DNA of 64,000 nucleotides from an uncultured Oxalobacteraceae bacterium (GTDB lineage Bacteria; Pseudomonadota; Gammaproteobacteria; Burkholderiales; Burkholderiaceae_D): NCBI GenBank assembly GCA_903862415.1, contig CAIOYD010000077.1, positions 60,454 to 124,453 of the forward strand, read 5' to 3'. Shown piece by piece: positions 19,993 to 28,533 of this stretch (position 1 is its first letter; each line of letters starts with the position of its first letter). The notes under the pieces were generated by a model. It saw only the letters and a program-made list of their open reading frames with translations, ran no database searches and was not told where the DNA came from. The position numbers and the translations under genes were made by a program.

Positions 19993-20570
19993 ATTTTCAA
20001 TATACTCCGGGCGCTACGCCGCTTGATCCGGATGAGGCTGCGGGTCTGATTCCAACACATATTGCCACCCAATCCGAATTGAACGTATGGGAAGAAGCCA
20101 ATATTTTAAAGGGTGCCCGCTGGGCCATTCGTCATAAAAAACGTAACCTGCTCGAAGAAGCTTACGTTCGCGATTTGCACCGTCAAATGTTTGATGAAAC
20201 CTGGAAATGGGCTGGCACTTTTCGCTCCAGCAATAAAAATATTGGAGTAGATTGGTCACAAATCGCCGTTCGGCTGCGTAATCTTCTCGACAATATCAAA
20301 TATCAAATTGAAAATCAGACGTTTGAGATCGATGAACTCGCTGTACGCCTTCATCATCAATTGGTATGGCTTCATCCCTTTCCTAATGGAAATGGTCGCC
20401 ATGCACGACTCATGGCTGATTTACTGGCGATAAGATTGGGTGGCTCCAGATTTACCTGGGGGGGTAATTCACTTGTTGCTGTTAGTGATCTTCGGACCAG
20501 TTATCTTGATTCATTGCGCGCGGCAGACAATGGTAAATTTGAAATGCTTTTACAATTTGCCCGAAATTAA
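19989..20570 (+). CDS. Mobile mystery protein B (Fic/DOC family)
   Basis: It carries the Fic motif HPFPNGNGRHARL. I chose the ATG at 19989, which overlaps the upstream stop. Confidence 0.8.
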   Translation: MNFQYTPGATPLDPDEAAGLIPTHIATQSELNVWEEANILKGARWAIRHKKRNLLEEAYVRDLHRQMFDETWKWAGTFRSSNKNIGVDWSQIAVRLRNLLDNIKYQIENQTFEIDELAVRLHHQLVWLHPFPNGNGRHARLMADLLAIRLGGSRFTWGGNSLVAVSDLRTSYLDSLRAADNGKFEMLLQFARN

Positions 20571-20577
20571 GATTGGA

Positions 20578-20760
20578 TTACCAATACCTGATGCAAATGC
20601 AGGACGTGAGAGTGAGGCGATGCGCTTATTTTTGGCCGATAATGGCGCCTCCATTCACTACACGGCGCCCGAAGCAATTCAAACCATGTCAGACCTGGCT
20701 GCGGGGACGCTTACTGAACAGCAGTTTGCACATTGGCTGCGCATCAGAAAAACTACTTAG
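20578..20760 (+). pseudogene. 3' remnant of a doc (death-on-curing, Fic-fold) toxin gene
   Basis: The translation LPIPDANAGRESEAMRLFLADNGASIHYTAPEAIQTMSDLAAGTLTEQQFAHWLRIR aligns by eye with the phage P1 Doc C-terminal half (HIFNDANKRTALNSALLFLRRNGVQV...GAATGEISVSSVADTLRRL). The motif His and everything upstream are missing. Confidence 0.45.
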
Positions 20761-21508
20761 CTTTTTTAGTCGCCAACTCGGTAGCTTCCTGAATATTTTT
20801 CTCCGCCAGCTTCACTTCCATCTCGGGAGCCACGGCCACCACCCGCTTCCAGAAGCCGATGGCCTGTTTATAATCAGCGCGCTCAAAAGCTTCACTGCCG
20901 GACAGTTGCAGCGATTTGATATGTTTGGGATCGAGCGCCAGCGCACGTTGCAACAAGGTACGTGCTTCGGCATCCCAATGACCTTGATTGGCGACGACCT
21001 TAACATCCACCCAGTCAGCCAGCAAACCGGCATCCGGAGGTAACAACGCGGCAGCTTTGGCATAAGCGTCGGCCGCGGGACCGGCCTGTGCCAACTCCTT
21101 ATAGGTCCGCGCCAGCAACAGCCAGCCGTCGCCATTGTTCGGAGTCTCGGCCATTTTGGCAGCCAGATGTTTCACCGCCGTATTCAGATCACCACCATTT
21201 TTGCCCGCGGCTGGGGGTGGAAATGGCGATGGCGCCTGAGTTGCGGCTGCAAATGGTGGTGCCGAGGGAGGCATGACGATATGCGAAGCACTCACCTCTG
21301 AATGCGGCAGTGCCGCCGTGGAGGCTGACAAATTCGGCTTACTGAGTTGCGCATACACCGTCAGCGCTGCCAGAGTCAACAGCGAGGGTGCAACCCAGTG
21401 CAGTGACAACAGCCATCTGGCATCGTTAGCAGCAACGGCAACAATCAACCAGCGGGAAAACAAAAACAGCAGCACAGCCACAACGCTGGCAATCAGCAAA
21501 ATTAACAA
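20753..21508 (-). CDS. CcmI/CycH/NrfG-like TPR protein (putative apocytochrome c chaperone), membrane anchored
   Basis: It has two N-terminal hydrophobic segments. The TPR region GDGWLLLARTYKELAQAGPAADAYAKAAALLPPDAGLLADWVDV...LLQRALALDPKHIKSLQLSGSEAFERADYKQAIGFWKRVV matches the CcmI C-terminal consensus. Confidence 0.65.
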   Translation of the reverse strand: MLILLIASVVAVLLFLFSRWLIVAVAANDARWLLSLHWVAPSLLTLAALTVYAQLSKPNLSASTAALPHSEVSASHIVMPPSAPPFAAATQAPSPFPPPAAGKNGGDLNTAVKHLAAKMAETPNNGDGWLLLARTYKELAQAGPAADAYAKAAALLPPDAGLLADWVDVKVVANQGHWDAEARTLLQRALALDPKHIKSLQLSGSEAFERADYKQAIGFWKRVVAVAPEMEVKLAEKNIQEATELATKKAK

Positions 21509-21558
21509 ATTCTCTCTCCGGCTAACTTAACAAGGGATCAATCAACGCATTTTTTAAA

Positions 21559-23958
21559 CTAGTGCACATCACCACGCAGTCCCATGTAAAAATAATTACG
21601 GGTACTGTGATCATTGCGCAGGGCTCCGGACGAGTTGGCGTTTTCGCGACCGACTTCACCTTCCAGATAAAAACCGGAATTCCACTGATAACTCAGGCGG
21701 GAACTGAACGAGAGCCTATCCTGCTTGTTATCGCTGTCATCTTTCTGGCTGTAGTAATGCAGATTACTGTCCAGGCGTGCCTGGCCAAACAGCGGGAAAG
21801 CATAACCCAGACTGGAAGATTCCCCTTTGTAGGTAGGTGCTTTAATCAAACTGACATTTCCCAGACCAACGGCGTTCGGAAACAGCAGATTGGTGCCAAT
21901 CGCCTGGAAGGTCACCACATGATTCAAGCCCGAACCCTGCTGGGTCGCGGTGTTGATGATACAGTTATTGTTCACCGGATCAATCGTACCCAGACAGGTA
22001 CCAATCACTGCCAGCGGCAGCACCGCCATCACGGGCTGGGTGCTGGAAATTTCCGACAGCCGGTAATCCACACCGAGCTGCCATTTTTCCGTCAACGGAT
22101 GGGTGACACCGATGGCAAACATATCGGACGTAGCCGACAGTGCGCTGGCCTGCAGACGCATCTGATCAACGCCCTGCAATTTCACCAGATCGCTGAACGA
22201 CAGACCTGGGAAAGCCATCAGCGCATTCGTCAGGCTCAAGGTGGGTGCCTTGCGATGATCGAGCATGAAGAAATAATTATCGCCACCGGAACTAAGATAA
22301 TTTCCCTGCATCAGAGCGATATTCACACCGCGATACAGCACATCATAATCGAGCATACCAAACACACTCGCGCCACCGGCAAAGTATTTGACTTCGGTAC
22401 CGACCGCACGTCGATTGGCCAAACCTTCGAGTGTCTGTTCATTGACATACACACTCACGCCAGGAAAGGATGCCTGCGGCATCATGTCAACACTGGCACC
22501 GTAAAAGGTTTTTTTGAATGTAGAACCATATTCCACCGCTTCACCAAACACCGAATTGACTCGCCAGTCGGGGTTAAAACTATAACCACCAACCACACCA
22601 TCAAAGCGATCCAGTACCCCCATGCCGTTTGGATTTTGTCGACCGGCACGTACATAAAAACCGTTTTTTTGATCGTTATAATCGACATAGGCAGCATACA
22701 GACGGTTATAACTGCGCGAAGGTGTGAGATAGTTGTGATTATCGGTGTCGCGCACCACAATCCGGGTGTCGCTGTACGCATCGTGACGGCGCACATTCAG
22801 ATTGACCGAATCAATCAGTGAATTCTGATCGACTAAAGAAAGGGTGTCGCGATTAAACGCCAGTTGTCCGGGTGGCGGTGGCGTCAGGGTTTCGATTTGC
22901 GAATTCCCTTTGTAATAATACGATGACACGCTGCCGTTATACGTCCATTCTGCCGGACCGGCTTCTTTAGGCAAAGCCCGCACTGCTGCACGCTGAGGGC
23001 TGCCGGCTTTGGGGAGTGCCGCCAGTCGGGCGCGTACCCGGGTGGCATTGGCTTCATTCGGGTAAAGTTTCAGATACAGTTCATATTCAGCGCGCGCCTT
23101 GGCGATTTCGCCATTCATCTCCCGCGCTTCACCGATGAGTGCCTGGGCTTTTTCTGTCACAGGATTGCCTGGCAGTCCCAATACCCGGTTCAGACGATTG
23201 ACGGCGGTAGCTGCATCCTTGCTGTCCATCGCAGCACGTGCCTGATCATAAAACCCCTGGGCACGCAAATTGATGTCTGCGGCCGTCGGCACCGGTGCGG
23301 CATCTGGGGCGGGCTCAGGCGACACCAATGCTGCCACTTCCGGCACCGCAGCCTTGACTGCAATTTCAGGAACAACCACAACGGGAATAGCTGCGACGGG
23401 TATGGCGGCAGCGGGTATGGCTGGCACCACCGCCACTGGTACGACTACCGGCACAATGGCGACGGATTTTTTTTCAGGCGCTGGCGCTGGCAGCAGCGGC
23501 ACAGTAACAATAATACTTTGCCCATCCGTTCCTGGTCGCACGGCAAAGCGGGTCTTTTGTGAAAACGTCACCAGCATACCGTTGAGCAATTCCGGATACA
23601 GCGCGGTGACATCCGGAACTCTGTCCGTTTTCAGGGAATGCACCAGTTCCTGTTCCAAATCACTTTCCGACACATTGGCATCCACCAGACGGAGAAAGAT
23701 ACGCACTTCTTTGCCATCGTTGAGCGGACTGTGGCGCAGGTAGAGAATTTTCTGAGTAAACCGGATCACAATATCAGCATCAATGTCATGTGGTCGCACA
23801 TCTATCCGGTCGATCACTTCAGCTGCCGCATTTGCACCAGCCAACAAAAAAACCAGCAGGCACAAAGAACGCAGTAATTCCGTGCGCCACTGATTCCAGC
23901 ACTTCATCAACAACAGCGGCGTTACAATTCGTAGCATCACGGGCATCATCGGTTTCAT
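21559..23958 (-). CDS. Putative outer-membrane protein: signal peptide, AMIN-like domain, Pro/Ala/Val linker, TPR region and a roughly 480-aa beta-barrel-like C-terminus
   Basis: I chose the ATG at 23958, 4 nt after the upstream stop. The signal is ...LLVFLLAGANAAAE. The AMIN-like segment is VIDRIDVRPHDIDADIVIRF...VRIFLRLVD. The TPR-like segment is AEYELYLKLYPNEANATRVRARLAAL. The C-terminal half is rich in alternating aromatic/polar strands (YNRLYAAYVDYND, FYVRAGRQN, WQLGVDYRLSE, LSFSSRLSYQW, FYLEGEVGRE). Confidence 0.6.
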   Translation of the reverse strand: MKPMMPVMLRIVTPLLLMKCWNQWRTELLRSLCLLVFLLAGANAAAEVIDRIDVRPHDIDADIVIRFTQKILYLRHSPLNDGKEVRIFLRLVDANVSESDLEQELVHSLKTDRVPDVTALYPELLNGMLVTFSQKTRFAVRPGTDGQSIIVTVPLLPAPAPEKKSVAIVPVVVPVAVVPAIPAAAIPVAAIPVVVVPEIAVKAAVPEVAALVSPEPAPDAAPVPTAADINLRAQGFYDQARAAMDSKDAATAVNRLNRVLGLPGNPVTEKAQALIGEAREMNGEIAKARAEYELYLKLYPNEANATRVRARLAALPKAGSPQRAAVRALPKEAGPAEWTYNGSVSSYYYKGNSQIETLTPPPPGQLAFNRDTLSLVDQNSLIDSVNLNVRRHDAYSDTRIVVRDTDNHNYLTPSRSYNRLYAAYVDYNDQKNGFYVRAGRQNPNGMGVLDRFDGVVGGYSFNPDWRVNSVFGEAVEYGSTFKKTFYGASVDMMPQASFPGVSVYVNEQTLEGLANRRAVGTEVKYFAGGASVFGMLDYDVLYRGVNIALMQGNYLSSGGDNYFFMLDHRKAPTLSLTNALMAFPGLSFSDLVKLQGVDQMRLQASALSATSDMFAIGVTHPLTEKWQLGVDYRLSEISSTQPVMAVLPLAVIGTCLGTIDPVNNNCIINTATQQGSGLNHVVTFQAIGTNLLFPNAVGLGNVSLIKAPTYKGESSSLGYAFPLFGQARLDSNLHYYSQKDDSDNKQDRLSFSSRLSYQWNSGFYLEGEVGRENANSSGALRNDHSTRNYFYMGLRGDVH

Positions 23959-23962
23959 CCTG

Positions 23963-26698
23963 TTAATTCCATGAAGAATAAGGTTGACCTTTGGAACCCA
24001 GCGGCCGGTGACAACCGCTCGATGAGCAATCTTTAACGCCGGCATTGTTATGCTTGGCGCGATTGATTTTCGTCATATTGCCCAGGTAGGTCGAGGTTGA
24101 ATCATGGCAGGTAACACAAGACGTCTGCATGGTGCCGTGATTCATTTTATCCACCGTAAAGGTCACGGTACTGCTGTGACAGAGCGAACATTCATTTCCC
24201 GGCATACCGGTTGGCGTCAGCGTGGGAATATGATTACTTGGCTTGGACATCACACCGGTATAGGCACCACTGTGACAAGTCTGACAGGTTCCGGCAGCCA
24301 CGCCAGTATGACTGAATGTCGCCGGCAGCCAGGCGGAAAAACTCTTGTGACAGTTTTCACACGGCAGCACCGTGGGCATATGGGTCGCCGGCTGAACATC
24401 AATATTCGGATAAGAACCGGTATGGCACGTGGCGCAACCGGTAGCCGCCACACCGGTATGGGCATACGGCGTAATGAGCGGCAGCCAGGACAGACCGGTA
24501 CGATGGCAGGTATCGCACGACATGGCTGTCGGAATATGCGGTGTCGATTTACCACTGGCATTGACACCGTTATGGCAGGTGGCACAGCTTCCGGCCACAA
24601 CGCCCACGTGGGCAAACGTAGTTGGTTTCCACAGCGTGGTGGTGTGACAGGCGTCACACGACTGCGTGGTCGGAATATGCGTCACGGTTTTTATCTGCGC
24701 ATTAATGGCCGTGTAAGCACCACTGTGGCAGGTAATGCAATTACCGGCCGCCACCGGGCCTGTGGTTCCGGTATGACTCATCACACCCGGATTGAAGGCC
24801 GTGAAACCGGTGTGACAGACATCGCATTGCGCCGTGGTCGGGATATGGTTGGTCGGCTTACCCAACGCACTGGTGCCGTTATGGCAGGTGCTGCAGTTGC
24901 CGGTAACGGGCGTGGTGGAGGTGGCATGATTAAAGGACGCCGTCGCCCAGCTGGTGGTGGAACTGTGGCAGGTATCACATTGCGCCGTGGTCACCACATG
25001 GGTTGCGGTTTTGGCCTGGGCATTCTGTGATACATAGCTGCCGTTATGGCAGTTGGAACACTGACCGGCCATACCGGTATGGTTCATCACGCCCGGTGCC
25101 CAGGCGCTATAGCCACTGGTATGACAGGAATCGCATTGTCCGGTCGTCGGGATATGCGTTGCTGGCTTGGTGAGTGCGTTCACAATCACATAACTGCCGC
25201 CATGACAGGTTGCACAATTCCCCACCGCCAGCGGGCCGGAAGTACCGGTATGACTCATTACAGCCGGACGGAAAGTGCTGTAATTGGTATGGCAGGTTGA
25301 ACACTGCGCTGTTGTCGGAATATGGGTTGAAGGTTTTCCCAGTGCTTTTGTGCCATTGTGGCAGGTGGAACAATTACCGATGGCATTGATGTCATGGGCA
25401 AAAACCGCCGTCGCCCAACTGACCGTACTGCTGTGACAGCTATCACACTGGGCCGTGGTGCTGACATGGGTCGCTGGTTTTACCTGCGCATTTTGCGTCA
25501 GGAAAGCGCCCGAGTGGCAGGTGGCACAATTCCCGGCAGTGAGCGGTCCGGTGCTGCCGGCATGGTTCATGATGCCCGGGGCCCAGGCCGTAAAGCCACT
25601 GGAGTGACAGGTATCGCACTGAGCCGAGGTAGGAATATGAATATTCGGCTTAGTCTGAGCATTGGCAAAATTGAAGGCGCCGTTATGGCAGCTCGCACAT
25701 TGACCTGCCGTGGCAGTATGGTTCATCTGTGCCGGTTTAAAGGCAGCAATATAAGTGTGACAGGTATCACACTGCCCGGTCGTTGGCACATGATTAACCG
25801 GTTTACCGATAGCTGCAACATTGTTATGACAGTCAGAACAGCGGTTAACCACTGAAGGCTGAATCGATGCATGATCCGGCTTGGCGGCCGTAGCCCAGGT
25901 GGTGGTGGATTTGTGACAGCTGTCACACTGCGACGTTGTGCTCACATGCGTGGCCGGCTTGGTCTGGGCATTGTAAGGCAGGAAGGTGCCGCTGTGACAG
26001 GTGGAACAATTGCCGGCAGAAACCGGGCCCTGCATATTGGCATGCATGGTAGCAACGCTGACCGCAATCGGCGCGAAAGCAACCCCGGCGTTATGACAGG
26101 CATCGCACGAGGCGGTGGTAGGAATATGCAGCGTAGCCTTACCGGTGGCGCGCACGCCGTTGTGGCAGGTGGCGCAGGTACCCGGAACAACCAAGGCATG
26201 GCTATAGCCGGCCGGTATCCATGCCTTGGTTGCATGGCAGGAATCACAGGCAGCGCTGGTGATCAGATGCAGAGAATTTTTACCAGTCGCTGTCACACCG
26301 TTATGGCAACCGCTGCAGGAAGCAATCAACACCCCTTGAGAAATATCATGCCGGAACACACTCGGCGTCCAGCTCACGGTACGATGACAGGAATCACATT
26401 TAATGGTGGTCGGTATGTGCATGACCGGCTTACCTGGAGCACGCTCCCCTTGACGGTGACACAATGCACAATCACGCGGTGTACCACGGAACTGACCCTG
26501 CACGTGACAGGAAGAACAGTTCACACGAATATGCGCACCATCAAGCAAAAACCCGGTGGTGTTGTGATTGAAATTCGTACCCGGCGAGCCCTGCGCTGCC
26601 GCCACGCTGCTGGCGCTAAAAAACAGCAGCAAGACCAGTCCCAGTTGACCGGCCATACGGAGAATTGCAGTTATTTTTTGGCTTAGCATGTTTTTCAT
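23963..26698 (-). CDS. Secreted multihaem cytochrome c, 32 CxxCH plus one CxxxxCH motif (paired-CXXCH repeat type)
   Basis: I counted the motifs directly in the 911-aa translation. The signal peptide is MKNMLSQKITAILRMAGQLGLVLLLFFSASSVAAAQG. There are about 16 repeats of the form C-x2-CH...K..H(I/V)PTT..C-x2-CH....W......H. Confidence 0.9.
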   Translation of the reverse strand: MKNMLSQKITAILRMAGQLGLVLLLFFSASSVAAAQGSPGTNFNHNTTGFLLDGAHIRVNCSSCHVQGQFRGTPRDCALCHRQGERAPGKPVMHIPTTIKCDSCHRTVSWTPSVFRHDISQGVLIASCSGCHNGVTATGKNSLHLITSAACDSCHATKAWIPAGYSHALVVPGTCATCHNGVRATGKATLHIPTTASCDACHNAGVAFAPIAVSVATMHANMQGPVSAGNCSTCHSGTFLPYNAQTKPATHVSTTSQCDSCHKSTTTWATAAKPDHASIQPSVVNRCSDCHNNVAAIGKPVNHVPTTGQCDTCHTYIAAFKPAQMNHTATAGQCASCHNGAFNFANAQTKPNIHIPTSAQCDTCHSSGFTAWAPGIMNHAGSTGPLTAGNCATCHSGAFLTQNAQVKPATHVSTTAQCDSCHSSTVSWATAVFAHDINAIGNCSTCHNGTKALGKPSTHIPTTAQCSTCHTNYSTFRPAVMSHTGTSGPLAVGNCATCHGGSYVIVNALTKPATHIPTTGQCDSCHTSGYSAWAPGVMNHTGMAGQCSNCHNGSYVSQNAQAKTATHVVTTAQCDTCHSSTTSWATASFNHATSTTPVTGNCSTCHNGTSALGKPTNHIPTTAQCDVCHTGFTAFNPGVMSHTGTTGPVAAGNCITCHSGAYTAINAQIKTVTHIPTTQSCDACHTTTLWKPTTFAHVGVVAGSCATCHNGVNASGKSTPHIPTAMSCDTCHRTGLSWLPLITPYAHTGVAATGCATCHTGSYPNIDVQPATHMPTVLPCENCHKSFSAWLPATFSHTGVAAGTCQTCHSGAYTGVMSKPSNHIPTLTPTGMPGNECSLCHSSTVTFTVDKMNHGTMQTSCVTCHDSTSTYLGNMTKINRAKHNNAGVKDCSSSGCHRPLGSKGQPYSSWN

Positions 26699-26703
26699 CC
26701 CAC

Positions 26704-28533
26704 TCAGCGATTACGTTTCCAGTTGACGGCGGTATGACAGCGTTCACACTGCATACTAAACTCGCCATTATGTACATCATCTTTTCGGTGACAGCTAAAA
26801 CAGGTCATATTCATCCGACCGGTCAGCGGTGCCGTATGACAGGCATCGCAGGCTACTTTTTTATGCCCGCCGTCGAGGGCAAAACGGGTACTGGCATGAT
26901 CAAAATCCCAGGAACTCCAGGTGCCGGTGTAATGGCAAGATTCACATTTGGTGCCCAGACTGCGCTGATGGCGATCATCTTTCTGATGACAGGAATAACA
27001 GTCTGAGCGCACATCACGGAACGCCGGGGTCTGGTGACATTTTTTGCAGTCGGTTTTTACATGACTGCCGGTCAGGGCGAAACGTGCCTTGTTGTGATCA
27101 TAGGGAGCATCCTGCCAGCGCTTTTCGTTATGACAGGATTCACACTGACGACCGAGCTGGTTTTTATGCTTATCATCTTTCAGGTGACAGGAAACACACT
27201 GGCCCGGCAGTTTAACTTTCTGATACAGCGCGCCTTTTTCAGGCAAATGGCAACTGTCACATTTGACCAGCACATGCCGGGCTTTGAGTGGGTAGCTGGT
27301 GTCGCGGCCGTGATCAAATTTGGACGCGATCCAGTTTTTTTCCGTGTGACAGCTGTCACACTTGTTGCCGTAACGTCCCTTGTGACCTTTTTCCTGATCA
27401 TCTTTGCGATGACAGGCAACACATTCTTTTTCCAGCTTGATTTTCAGCGTCGCTGTCGCGCCCGAGAGTCCGCCACGATGACAGCTTTCGCATTTGGCAT
27501 CGCGGTGTTTGTCATGCAATGGGAAGCTGGTTTCGTCGTGATTGAAACTGGAATTTTTCCAGCCCCGCTCATTGTGGCAGCTGGCACATTTCTCACCCAG
27601 TTCACCCTTGTGACCTTTTTCCTGATCGTCTTTTTTGTGGCAGCTGATACATTTATCGGACAGTTTTTGCTGATACAGCGAACCTTTTTCCGGCAGATGG
27701 CAACTGTCGCACTTAACCTGATGGTGCTTACCTTTTAATACATAATGGGTATCGACATCGTGATTGAATTTGGTTTCTTTCCAGCCTTTATCAGTGTGGC
27801 AGCTGCCGCACTTGATTGAATAGCGACCTTTATGACCTTTTTCCTGATCGTCTTTTTTGTGGCAGGAATTACATTCCAGCGGCGCATTAGTGTAAACTTT
27901 ATTCGCATGGCAGCTTACACATTTGGCATCAAAGTGCTTGCCACCAGCCAGTGGAAAACGGGTTTTTTCGTGATCAAAACTAACTTCTTTCCAGGATTTT
28001 TCCGTGTGACAGCTGGCACACTTGATACCCAGACTACCCTTGTGGCCTTTTTCCTGATCGTCTTTTTTGTGACAGTCGTTACACAGTCTGGAGGCGGCGC
28101 GGAACTTGGTTTTTTCGGCATGACAGCCAGCGCACTTCACCCGACTCTCAGCGTGCGCACCTTTGAGGGCAAACTCGGTGCGACTGTGATCAAAGGTGGT
28201 TTTATCCAGTTTGGCCAGATGAGCCTGACGCCCCTTGTGTTCGGTATGGCAGTTGCGGCAGGACGAATCTTCCAGACGACCATGAAAGCGGGTTTTATTG
28301 CTCACATCGGACGACACGTCCTTATGGCATTCCAGACACAGACGAGTCTGGAGGGTTTTGTCGAACTTGGCATGACATTGACTGCAGTCATTTTCATATT
28401 TGGCGTGATCGGCAATCAGTTCACCCGGCATCAAGGCTTTTTCAAACGTATCGGCGTGCGCCTGCCCGGTCAGCATGACCAGCAGCAGTAACAGCGATAA
28501 TGACAGCCTAGTAAAGATGCACTGCAATAACAT
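26704..28533 (-). CDS. Periplasmic multihaem cytochrome c, 24 CxxCH motifs (eight c7/c3-like trihaem modules)
   Basis: I counted 24 CxxCH motifs in the translation. The repeated signature is C..CHKKDDQEKGHKG....KC.SCH....W....F.H. The signal peptide MLLQCIFTRLSLSLLLLLVMLTGQAHA follows the ATG I chose at 28533. Confidence 0.9.
   Translation of the reverse strand: MLLQCIFTRLSLSLLLLLVMLTGQAHADTFEKALMPGELIADHAKYENDCSQCHAKFDKTLQTRLCLECHKDVSSDVSNKTRFHGRLEDSSCRNCHTEHKGRQAHLAKLDKTTFDHSRTEFALKGAHAESRVKCAGCHAEKTKFRAASRLCNDCHKKDDQEKGHKGSLGIKCASCHTEKSWKEVSFDHEKTRFPLAGGKHFDAKCVSCHANKVYTNAPLECNSCHKKDDQEKGHKGRYSIKCGSCHTDKGWKETKFNHDVDTHYVLKGKHHQVKCDSCHLPEKGSLYQQKLSDKCISCHKKDDQEKGHKGELGEKCASCHNERGWKNSSFNHDETSFPLHDKHRDAKCESCHRGGLSGATATLKIKLEKECVACHRKDDQEKGHKGRYGNKCDSCHTEKNWIASKFDHGRDTSYPLKARHVLVKCDSCHLPEKGALYQKVKLPGQCVSCHLKDDKHKNQLGRQCESCHNEKRWQDAPYDHNKARFALTGSHVKTDCKKCHQTPAFRDVRSDCYSCHQKDDRHQRSLGTKCESCHYTGTWSSWDFDHASTRFALDGGHKKVACDACHTAPLTGRMNMTCFSCHRKDDVHNGEFSMQCERCHTAVNWKRNR

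Noticed and set aside
20573-21043. A 156-aa + ORF overlapping the Doc remnant and the CcmI-like gene.
   Set aside because: It is in a different frame from the Doc-like similarity and antisense to the TPR gene. It has no motif.
21562-22821. A 419-aa + strand ORF opposite the barrel-like part of the 21559..23958 gene.
   Set aside because: It has no recognisable domain and an odd His/Ile/Thr/Gln-rich composition. The minus-strand product has a signal peptide and coherent domain architecture, and it fits the operon spacing.
24104-26686. Long + strand ORFs (24104..25030, 25358..25855, 25871..26686) antisense to the 32-haem cytochrome gene.
   Set aside because: Their translations are Gly/Arg/Thr/Met-rich with no motifs. 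They mirror the repetitive CxxCH codon structure of the minus-strand gene, which has a signal peptide, 32 haem motifs and operon context. I read them as shadow ORFs.
27034-28491. The + strand ORFs 27034..27738 and 27832..28491, antisense to the 24-haem cytochrome gene.
   Set aside because: They have Phe/Val/Thr-rich nonsense composition generated by the antisense of Lys/Asp/His/Cys codons. There are no starts with an RBS, and the minus-strand gene is unambiguous.
23963-28533. Periodic short repeats in the DNA of the cytochrome genes that could superficially resemble a repeat array or CRISPR.
   Set aside because: The periodicity (about 150-225 nt) is in-frame and corresponds to haem-binding protein modules. 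There are no invariant repeats with unique spacers, and the region is one continuous ORF per gene.
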